Assembly (NCBI GenBank): GCA_040954595.2
Contig: CM082585.2
Span: 8,815,649-8,879,648 of the forward strand
From: Balanoglossus misakiensis
Taxonomy: Eukaryota > Animalia > Hemichordata
Length of the DNA stretch: 64,000 bases
Direction: 5' to 3'
Within the stretch, counting starts at the first letter, position 1. The number at the start of each line of letters is the position of its first letter. A program made the position numbers and the translations under genes. The notes under the pieces are model-generated. The model did not search any database. It saw only the letters and a list, made by a program, of their open reading frames with translations, and had not been told where the DNA came from. Below, piece after piece: positions 17,555 to 27,502 of this stretch.

Positions 17555-18577
17555 ATGACTGCTACGCCTACCTACTCTACCTCCAGCGTCAGTGCAACGA
17601 CTGTTTCATCCAATTCGACCATGGTTTTGACTAATATCAGAACAGACAGAAGTGAAACCGTTGCTGCCTCGCCTGTCTCCCTATCACTAGCGCCCTCTGA
17701 CCAGAGCACGACCACGGAGTGTGATGACTGTAACGGTGACAACCTCCCGCAGGTAATCATCATCGTCTCAGTTTGTGGCGTAGTGGCTGTAGCCGCGGTA
17801 GTCATGGTGATTGTTTGCTGCGTTTTCCGCCGAAGGTCCAGGAGATCCAGTGCCAAGACGGAGGTTTCCGGTGAAGCTGGGTCGGCGGGGAAGAGCACTA
17901 GGCCCAAGTCTGAAGGGGTAGAATTCTACGCCAACACGCCTGCTGAACACGGGAGCGCTCAGGATGATGGATCCGGGATCTGCTTGGACGCAGGTCCCAC
18001 CAACGCTTGTAATGACCACAGCTTGCCATATGAAAACGTAGCATCAACTTTAAAGGAGGGTGAGATGGACGACGAAAGCAGTGACGACGGAATGTCGTAT
18101 GAAATAGTGGTCCCTCGACAGCAAATTGATGACGATGGTTTGAAAAGCGAGCGTAAATATGGCGGCGTCTCGCGCCAAGGAGACCAAAACCACCCCGGGA
18201 AAGATGGTAGATCGAAGGACAAAGCTAAAATTGGCATGTCGTATGAAAATGTGGAGCCCAACCAGACAGACCCGAAGTGTGCGCAAGTCGTTAAAACTGC
18301 GGGAAACGACGCCGCCGGAGAGCGGGCTGACGACGACAAGAGCCCGGCGCACAAACAGGGATCGAGACGGAAGGCCCTGCTACCGCCAAAACGACGCAAA
18401 AACAAAAAAGCGGAAGTACAGCCGCTGCGATACGAATCGGTTGTGGTGGACGAAACACAAGTCTCCCATGTAGAAGTGATCTTGAAACATCCGATGGCGA
18501 ACCGCGAGTACCTGAATGTTGGACACGAACGATGGAAAGCGAGCCCCCAATTCCCGCCGAAGATGCCTAAGAAGTAA
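17555..18577 (+). CDS. Single-pass type III membrane protein with multiple cytoplasmic tyrosine motifs (transmembrane adaptor-like), 340 aa
   Basis: Single coding exon after acceptor TTTTCAG at 17520. S/T-rich N-terminus without signal peptide, TM VIIIVSVCGVVAVAAVVMVIV, CC-RRRSRR stop-transfer, and a low-complexity tail with YANT, YENV x2, YEIV, YESV, YLNV. Confidence 0.85.
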   Translation: MTATPTYSTSSVSATTVSSNSTMVLTNIRTDRSETVAASPVSLSLAPSDQSTTTECDDCNGDNLPQVIIIVSVCGVVAVAAVVMVIVCCVFRRRSRRSSAKTEVSGEAGSAGKSTRPKSEGVEFYANTPAEHGSAQDDGSGICLDAGPTNACNDHSLPYENVASTLKEGEMDDESSDDGMSYEIVVPRQQIDDDGLKSERKYGGVSRQGDQNHPGKDGRSKDKAKIGMSYENVEPNQTDPKCAQVVKTAGNDAAGERADDDKSPAHKQGSRRKALLPPKRRKNKKAEVQPLRYESVVVDETQVSHVEVILKHPMANREYLNVGHERWKASPQFPPKMPKK

Positions 18578-19778
18578 TTTAGGAAATATGTTGCACTGCG
18601 ATAATTTTGGAGTCAACACGTATGAACAAACGATTGCGGTTGAATAACCTGGTGATTTGCAAACGACAAGATCCAACTATTATGCCAAATTCTACGCAAC
18701 AAGTCTGGAAGGGATTTATGACATATTAACTGGAACCGATATCCTAAGCAAAATCCATAATATACATGCTCGTGAGTCCAATATTATCACGTGGGTATAC
18801 CCCGGTCAACCAATGGAACTAATTTAATTCATTCACCGCTAGCAATAAGTTAGTTTTCGTGTTTTTATTTTTGGAAATATGCGAAGTCTTTATACCTAGC
18901 TGTGTATCGAGTCTTAAAAGTGTAAGAACTGAAACTGCTTGTCAGCTTATCTTTTGGGGCGGGGCAACTAACCCGGAACCAGCAGAACACAGAATTTGAC
19001 ATGTATTTCCAACAACGTGTATTTCCAAAGTTCAAAAAGTGTTCAATGCATACTAACAGTTCAGTACAGCTTCGAAATACTGAGATGGCAAAAACAACTT
19101 TACAAGCAGAGATTTTGGGAAAACTTACAGGTATTGCGTATTAGTACACAATTTTAGTGTAATAGTGTTAATCATCTATCGAAACGTGTAGTAGAAATAC
19201 AGTATTCAAATTTCTTGACCTCTGATTCTGTCATTAGTACTATCAAGGTGAATGAGTGCAAAATCGTTGGGTTAAAGAATTTATCGAGAAAATGAAACGT
19301 GGTCGTTGGTGTGTGTTATCTGAAATCATTACAGATTATTATCCTATAGGAATGTGTTAGTCACCTTCGACCATGTCTGTATGCTAGATTAAAATAATTT
19401 TGTGATGAAAAGAGATATGTACAAAAAAGGTTATTTTCCCCGTAAACAAGACCAAAACTACTGAGCTACCATCACGTGACTATGGGTGACGCCCATCACT
19501 GATGTCATGACGTTTACATTGTCTGAATTTTCATCTTCTGTGATGGGTCCATATAACACCATAAAAACTATTCTTAAAACAATGCAGCATGACGATAATG
19601 CAAGTAAAAGCTCGGTGGAAGAACAACTGATTCTCACACTGCAAATCTTGGTAAGTTTTTGGCTACGTTACAGCTAAATTATATCACAAATAAACACGGT
19701 AAGAAAACATTAGCCCTATGGGCTTTACTCGAGTTTCAAAATTCAGCCATCTAAACTATTGTCAGGTTTTTTTTCAGT

Positions 19779-20594
19779 CTATATTTCAGTTTCCTTCGTG
19801 TCTGGTTTGATTCGCCTGTCCCACATGTCTCTGTATAGCGGTTTGCTCGATTCGATGCTGGCTCTGACAATCGGTGGGAGTTTCGCCACGTTGACGGCAC
19901 CAACAGACGACAGGGCGAAATCGAAACCCGTACTCTTGAGGGCGTCTTCGTACATGAACGTTGCGTCCTGCAGGGGCTCCGGCCACGACTCGATCTTTCC
20001 GGCGCCGGAGTTCCACGTCAGCATGCTGTCGGAGTACTTAATGCCGACCGCGTCGCAGTACTTTCTCAGAATCTGTCCCGGAAAACGGATGAGATCATCG
20101 GAGTCGATGACGACCGGGTGCTGGCCGGTGACCTCCGAGACATACTTGTAGAGGTCGTACAGTTCGTCAACGCCGGACATCTGAACTGTCCTCTCGTCCG
20201 GTCGGCGGGACTCGGTGCCGCAGAACACTTTGTACAGCGACGCGATCGATTTCTCCGGGTTTCTGATCAGAAACGTGTGAGTAACGCCCTTCGGTAAGAC
20301 GCTGAAGTTCCCCTGAAGGCTAAAAGCCATCTCCTTGGCGAACACAACCGACTTGTCCGGGTCGCATCTCTCGAGCTTCGACTGGATCTCGCGATAACTG
20401 AATTCGGACAACCCTTCGTCTTCTTCGTCCATGTCCTCGTCTCCGAAGAGATACGACGCGTAAAAGTTCTCGTGGTGCACGACGGTAGACTTCTGCGTTG
20501 CCATGGCGAACTCCACGGGCAAGGAACGCGTGCGTGGGTACGACCACAAAATCACGCGAGTTTGCCTCACGTTTATGTCGTTCACGCTGGCCAT
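19779..20594 (-). CDS. P-loop sulfotransferase-like protein (family often annotated branched-chain aminotransferase-like, N-terminal domain only)
   Basis: 271-aa uninterrupted ORF with LWSYPRTRS, FAKEMA, HTFLIRNPEKSIASLY, PVVIDSDDL, YCDAVGI..DSMLTW and ALKSTGF; high GC3. Probable 5' UTR intron just upstream (~20627-20857). Confidence 0.88.
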   Translation of the reverse strand: MASVNDINVRQTRVILWSYPRTRSLPVEFAMATQKSTVVHHENFYASYLFGDEDMDEEDEGLSEFSYREIQSKLERCDPDKSVVFAKEMAFSLQGNFSVLPKGVTHTFLIRNPEKSIASLYKVFCGTESRRPDERTVQMSGVDELYDLYKYVSEVTGQHPVVIDSDDLIRFPGQILRKYCDAVGIKYSDSMLTWNSGAGKIESWPEPLQDATFMYEDALKSTGFDFALSSVGAVNVAKLPPIVRASIESSKPLYRDMWDRRIKPDTKETEI

Positions 20595-22794
20595 TCTCCT
20601 ATTCTTCTATTATAGTTCCCAACACCTGGATTCGTGAAAACAGACACATACATCATGAGTAATTGTACCCAAAGAACATTTAATGACGTCACATCGATCA
20701 CAAGTGCGTTATTCAGAACAAGACAAGGGAGGTCTGTTCCTCGATTTGCTTTGAAATGTTTCATGGAGACAGAACGGCAATCTGTCAAACATTCACACGG
20801 AGACGGCTGTATTACAGCATTTTGGACAGAAGGCCTCGTTAAGCGTTGTGCATATACCTTCACCTTGTAACCACCTGTTAGATCACGCGAGAGTAGCTGT
20901 GGAAACGCCCCTTGCATCATGGAGGTGAGGGCGGTGTCCCCGTGTGGCGCTTGCAGCAGGGTCACTCATAGCTCAGCGGTCAACCACCAAGAACTTGACG
21001 ATGACGTCACAAGATACCGCCCTCACCGCCATGTAAAGCGGCGCTCCCATGCGACCTCGTTGGCACATAATTTTGGTCAACCTTTTGCCTTGAAGCGCTA
21101 AAAGGGGTCAGCCGCGCAGATAGCGGGTCATCTGGGCCATCCTTCAAAGGGCTGTGGACCCACCATTAAAAACATGGCCTCCAAACGCCCACCCGCAGAT
21201 GCCAACTTTAATCTTTCTTTCCATATTGGATTTCTCTCCTTTCTGGTCTGGACAGCATCTCCTTTTTAGGGCGATGGCAATAATTGGATAAACAGCGTAA
21301 GAAGGGTAGTCAGAGGAGTGTGTATGTCTACTTAGTTTAGCATTTTCTAGGTCATTTCCAGGGCCTTGTTTATCGCCTGTCGACCTCCAGTAACCCCATT
21401 TCGCGGTTGCTGGTAAGGGCAGTAGTTCGAGTCGATTCCAATTGTTTTTGGACACAAAAAGACCACTTAAAGCGCATTACATAACGGATAATGAAAGACA
21501 AAACAGTAGCTTCTGTGTCTTTATTTAGCGTCAGCACCTATACTCGTAAACTTGTTCTACATACTGGTATATTGATGTCAATACTCCAGTACAACCAATT
21601 TTATATTCAATTGGAGATACCCTCGTGAAAAATCGACGCATGTTGTTCGTATGTCAGACGGGAATTAATTTATGGTAGTTTGGGCGCGGTCGGGTCACAT
21701 CGCTTTTCTAGACCCGTAACAAAAATAATGATGATACACAGTATTAGAATCACTAGCTGCATCATTATCTGATATTTTTTAGTCTTTTCTGATGATACTT
21801 GGTCAATAAGAGTAACTTATAATCTCACAAAATATGATTTTGATCATAAATTATGATAATTTTTCTGTGGACATATTTATATTTATAACTAATATGCAAC
21901 CAAGTGCGCGCATGCGTTCAGTGTAAAAACCTAACTTTTATGTCATGGATATTTTTTTTCTGAACCGCAGTAATTATTATGTTTGGCACGTGGTAGTTCA
22001 CATAACGCGGTGATAAATCTTGAGGTCCGACAGCAGAGTCGTGTAACTGGAATGTCAGTCCGTCGTATGTTGTTTGCAAGGCGTGCAATGCTTACATAAT
22101 CAGATTTGTTACAGATCGAATATTCTGAAACATAGGGGATATATTTAGGGCCATTATGTCGTTATCAGTTGAGTCAGGGATGAGGTGTGTCCTGCTATGT
22201 TTATCCATGGACGTAAAAAGAGAAGGACTTAGGACTGTCCATTGAGCTATTGTTCAGGTGATGGTTGCCGCCGCTCCGTTATCTCCTAATACTCCGTAAT
22301 ACTTTAATCGGATTATACCCGTAATTTATTCAAGAGTGGGTTCGGGTACTATATTCGGTACTGTTCGGGTGTTTCCGTTGGAGTCAAGTGATCATATAAA
22401 CATCAGGCTGCATGGAACGCGCATGTGCGTGACCTTTGACTTTGAACCATCGAGGAGATTTGGCCCGTATGCACCAAATCTACGCTGAAAAAAACATGAA
22501 TTGCGTCTTTGGCCAAGCTGGTAGCTCTTGTCATGTAGTCCACAAATTACAACATACATTAAAGGTTTTATGCCGATCGAACAGATATTGTAGGCACCGT
22601 TTGGTTTACCGGCAATAGCACAGTCCAGGGTTTTATCAATGTCGCTAAAAATAGATTTGCGCGAGTGCGCATGCGTCCGGCAACAGTGAAATGCGGACAA
22701 AAGCGGACATTGACGTAGCATCGACTGAGCGAAGCACGTAGCGATAGCGTTGCTCTTTTTACTTTTAAAAACTTTGTTTTGGTTTACTTCCGCG

Positions 22795-23073
22795 ATGGGC
22801 GCTACTAAACATTGCTGTTACGGACATTGCACGAGTGACTCGAGGTACACCGATCGTGTTGAAATGAAAGATGTTTTCTTCATCCGATTTCCGAAGCCAC
22901 ATCGAAATATTTTGAAATGTCAAAAATGGATTTATGCTTGCGGGAAACAGGGTTTCGGCGTCGACAATGTCAAAAAGGACACCTATATTTGTAGCCTCCA
23001 CTTCGTAGGCAGGAAGGGACCAACAAGCGACCATCCCGACCCCATATCAATATTGCAAATATCTCTGGTATAG
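22795..23073 (+). pseudogene. THAP zinc-finger first exon of a truncated transposase
   Basis: MGATKHCCYGHCTSDSRY...FFIRFPKP...CQKWIYACG...YICSLHF...DP: C2CH THAP signature with the P, W and F residues. No catalytic domain follows. Confidence 0.85.
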
Positions 23074-23455
23074 TCATGTCAACAACACTACTTTTATCAG
23101 TAAGGACCTGTGGCAGCCCCCCCCCCCCCCCCCATCGCCCACACAGCCTAGCCCGTAGTTTATTTCCGCGCAGTATATTGCGTTGGTCTATATTTTTATC
23201 GCCTATTCGACACTTGATCTGAGAACATAAATAAAAAACACACCAGAGCATAACAACAACGTTTCGAAGAACGACGAGAGTGGACCTATAAACCGGGGTC
23301 GCGGTGCACAACATCGTTGGCGCGCATACATACGTGCAGACTACACAAACACAAGTGGGGAAATATTGAACAGGAAAATAATCTCACAAGAAATAATAAG
23401 TTTAACGATTTTTTTCTTGAAATTCTATTGCCTTAAATTCATTTCACATCAATAT

Positions 23456-23680
23456 TTAGTATGCCTGCTTCCGAAGAAGCCGGTCAATGCGGAAGTAAAC
23501 AATAATTACGATGATGAACTTGAATGAACTCATCAGCTCCACTTTTTTCCCACTTGTTTTTATACCTCTACATTTCAGCCACCTTTTAATTTGCTCAACA
23601 GAGTGCTTCTCAACAGATGCATATGCAAGCTTTGCACCAGGAACATTCAGTGAAATTGGTTCGGTCGACGCCGGCATCAT
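23456..23680 (-). pseudogene. SAP-domain first exon of a truncated transposon accessory gene
   Basis: VPGAKL...SVEQIKRWLKCRGIKTSGKKVELM fits the SAP pattern (L..WL..RG...SG.K.EL). Convergent with the THAP ORF. Confidence 0.75.
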
Positions 23681-23862
23681 AATGTAAACAAACAAAGCTC
23701 GCTCAGCGCAGCCAGCTGATGGGGCGGTCCTGGGGGCAATCGACGCGTACCCGCGACTTTGTCCGCATTTTCGAACTCATGAATATTCATTAGATTTTGA
23801 TGACGTAAACCCTGAACTGTGCTATTCCACTCGAAGTCGACGATTGTGGACGCGATCATTTA

Positions 23863-24300
23863 ACGTGTAATCCTATGGCGATAAAGTAACCGCACATCGC
23901 GAAAATTGGCAAAATCCGAACGTGGATAGCGAAAATGGCCATGTGCTTCTGCCTATAAGACGCACATTTTCTGAAAGTTTATTGCTTCGTCTCCACTTTA
24001 CTGCAAAAATTAGACGTAGGACCCTTGTACTTTTAACGTGAGAGTGATTTTAAAATGTCTTGTTTTTGAAAATGCTTTGATGGTTTACGTGTAATCCTAT
24101 GGCGATAGAGTAACCGCACTTCGCGAAAATTGGCAAAATCCGAACGTGGATAGCGAAAATGGCCATGTGCTCCTGCATATAAGACGCACATTTTCTGAAA
24201 GTTTATTGCTTCGTCTCCTCTTAAATGCAAAAATTAGACGTAGGACCCTTGAACTTTTAAAGTGAGAGTGATTTTAAAATGTCTTGTTTTTTTAGCATGC
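23863..24300. repeat. Tandem duplication, 224-bp period, inside the transposon
   Basis: ACGTGTAATCCTATGGCGATA... starts at 23863 and again at 24087. The copies are highly similar through ...GATTTTAAAATGTCTTGTTTTT. Confidence 0.92.
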
Positions 24301-26526
24301 TTATAAAGATCGGTTCGCCATTTGGTCAAATATGCGTCGATTTTTTCTGTTTTCACTTCTTTATGTCCGTTACATCGAGACAAAAAAATGGTGATAATTT
24401 TACAGTAATTTACCACTTCTGTGTGACTTAAACAGCAAGTTTTCGTGAGTACTGCTGAGAGTACCCGAGGGGGTGTGTCACTGCGTACGTTGACACCGGC
24501 AACGGTCACCCGACGTCAAAGGACAGCGTAGACAAAGCGAATACAATAGGTGTGAATGGGCTTAAGCAGCAGTCCTAAGTCCTTCTCTTTTTACGTCCAT
24601 GGTTTATCCCATCTTGCTATTACTAGTAATCGTGGTTGTACGCGGACAGATTGCCATTGCAAATGTACCAGTATGGGGTGACGCGGTTTGACATTCAAAA
24701 GGGTGATCACCTACGCATAATGATCGCCTGACCACACTGAATTTTGTTATAGTTCACTTGGGCGTGTAAGTCAATGCAACAATGGTGGTTTACGATATAT
24801 GATAGTTCATGCTCCATTTTCGTTTAAATTGGCTATATTAGGCGCCGTGTTAATATCATGAACGTCAAAAAATGCACTACTGTCCCCATTTTAACCTTTG
24901 ACAGCGCACGTCTATTAAAAAATAGCACAAGGGTTGTTTACGCTGGCGTTAATACCTTTACAGTGCGCGGCGATTGATCCTGCCGAGGCGTCACCAATGA
25001 CGCGGACGCGCACGCCAGTTGGACCAGCGCGCAAGTGTTGCGGACGCCAAGCGCTCTTGCCGGACCACTCGAGATTTCAGGAAACCTACCTGATTACTGG
25101 CCACAATCTGATCGCAAGATCCCGACACTTGTCCGCCCCACGAAAGGAGCTGTATTCTCCGGAAGAGGCTGTTTAATTCTCCTATCTGGTAGAGGGCAGC
25201 GTACGCCGATGCCCGGAGCTTTGCATATTTAACCCGTGGAATGCACGCAACATAGGGGGGAGCGCGACGATATATTTTACCGATTGTGTACTCCCGGTAT
25301 ATGTATGCAAATCGTATTCAGGAGCCCTCAAGTGGAACCGACCGAAATCAACTCTCCGGGACTGAAACGCACAAAACGGGCCTGAACGACGAATAACACC
25401 GTACCTGAAAAACAAAGGAAGCGACGCCCCTTCTCTGCCCAGGTACCGCAATCGCCGGTCGCTATAGTAACGGCTCGCAAATTCTTCACGAATCTTGTAA
25501 AGTGTAATTGCACGGGGAGGTGCACGACAACCACTTGTATTAATCAGATTACAAGGTACATGTACTTCGACGATGTGTACGCGTACGTGATGTGCGAGGC
25601 AGTGACTTAAAACGTCGGGTCACGGCGGCGCTTCGACTCAAATATGCGAGGATTGCCACACCAAAACGAGGCTGCGGTTTTCTTTGCTCTTCTTCAAGTT
25701 ACTCCTATTCCAACTCAGTCACTCAGACACTCCAGTCAGAATTTAAGCGTAGCTTCGTCCTTGTAACTGTAATTTATTGTTTCATAGTGGTCACTGTAGG
25801 CATATACATGTAGTGTCCTTCAATACAGTCTCACTATATGAAGGAATCTGAAATTCTTACTACCGCTTCAGTGCTAATGTTCGGCGGGATCGCAGACACT
25901 GGCAGATGATAAATGAGCTCGAGTAACATTTTCTCAGACAAGACAAGACAAGAAGAATTCTATAAAATATTTCTGTGACTATGTCTGAATTCCACGGGGC
26001 ACCTGTCACCATCTTTCTCTTTCAAGTTGCCACATCCACAGGCAGATACAAATTGTTATTTGCGTTATTTCGATGACATCACTTCTATAAACATGTAGAC
26101 AACAGATAATGCAATAATTGTGCAGAAATTGAGCTCGCGTGGACTCAAGTTAATCTCGTCTATGCGAAACAGAAACGTGTGTTTGAGACTGACACGACCG
26201 CCCTCATCAGTTGAAAATTGAAATAAATTTTGCATTGTTTTGAGTAGAGAAACAAGAAACAAACGTACGTAGTTTGAGTTCGTATAATTCTTATTCCGTT
26301 CAGATTCAAAATGATTTCAGATTCTAGAGTTGTTGGAAACGGGTCGGCATATTTCAACAAGGAAACATGTATACAGATAAAGTATATTGAATTTGACGTA
26401 AGTGTACATAACTCGGATCCCCAAGGCGAAATATACAAGTGTAACACAAGTTTGCTCTCCTAATCTTGTATTCACGATGACCGTTCCTATCCCAATATGA
26501 ATGTAAGGCTGGTTCTTTTCGTCAAA

Positions 26527-27502
26527 ATGGCGAGCATTCATCATGCGTTCATCGTAGTTGGTCTACTTCTTCTCGCTCACGCCGCCTATTCAGCAACTCA
26601 ACGTAAGTAAGATGTCGTAAAAACGCTCTGGATGATTTCTGTATCATATGTTTGTATTTGGTGGCTAGTAAACCAGGCGGGGACATGAAACTGCAATGAA
26701 CAATACTGGCGACTGGTATCACATGTTCGACTAGTGTTAAGACCCTTCCCTTCTGCTTCTTCCGAGACTAGTTCGACAGTAGAAATGTTGTTCATTCATT
26801 AATTTGCTTTTCTTCATCTTGTATACAGATAGGGCCTACCTCAGACTTACAGAGCAAGACTTTACAAGTTTACCAGCTGACGTAAGTGGGTTATGAACAA
26901 TGTTTAACAGACTCTGGTACCACTGGCCACAGTTGCTTCAAAAATAGGGTTAGGGACTTTAGGGGTAGCTCCATTGGTGTATGCAGGCTCCCAAATAACA
27001 GCCCATTTTTTTCTCTTTCCAGATATTTCTACAGTGTTTAGTTAGTCTCCTGCTGACAACATACGGAGTTGTTCATGTCGCCGGTAATTTCAGAGAAATC
27101 AAAGCCTCGGCCGACTTGGACAATAGGTCAGTATGTTTATGCTGGGTTCCTGTTAGTAGTTAGTATCTGTTCACTAAAATTAAATAGTTCCCTAATGTCA
27201 GAAACCAGTGTTCCCACTCACGGCAACACTAGTACTGATCCCTCTCGGTAAGAATATTTCCCCTGCCTTCTCCAGTACAGTAGAATCTAATTAGTGGCTG
27301 TGACAATTTGGAAGCTATCTATACCATTGACAACGTCAGAGCTGTACTTGTTACAGCAGAATGGTTAGCATTCACTAATACTCTGCAGAGATACTTATGA
27401 TTGAAATTTCTTCTCTCCCACAGGTCATTTGAGACAGCCAGCAACCGTCCGTCGTTTCACATGTTCTTGCACCGAGGGAGAGTTCTGAATGCTGCACTGT
27501 AA
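26527..27502 (+). CDS. MMGT1: ER membrane protein complex subunit 5 / membrane magnesium transporter 1, 103 aa
   Basis: Exons 26527-26602, 26829-26881, 27023-27126 and 27424-27502 splice in frame to MASIHHAFIVVGLLLLAHAAYSATQHRAYLRLTEQDFTSLPADIFLQCLVSLLLTTYGVVHVAGNFREIKASADLDNRSFETASNRPSFHMFLHRGRVLNAAL*. Absent from the ORF track. Confidence 0.96.

Larger units (their letters stand above)
22206..24601. mobile_element. Non-autonomous DNA transposon, P-element-like ends, carrying convergent THAP and SAP gene stubs
   Basis: Perfect 32-bp TIRs CATGGACGTAAAAAGAGAAGGACTTAGGACTG (22206-22237 / 24570-24601). Perfect 7-bp TSD GTTTATC (22199-22205 / 24602-24608). Confidence 0.93.

Noticed and set aside
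17572-18676. Several antisense and alternative-frame ORFs over the adaptor gene (likewise over 19759-20547 and 44555-45336)
   Set aside because: Shadow ORFs of GC-rich coding exons.
23863-24300. Direct repeats considered as CRISPR array or LTRs
   Set aside because: Adjacent 224-bp units with no spacers, no TG..CA ends and no internal retroelement sequence; the context is eukaryotic.
26945-26965. TAGGGTTAGGG telomere-like sequence in an MMGT1 intron
   Set aside because: Only about two units; chance level.
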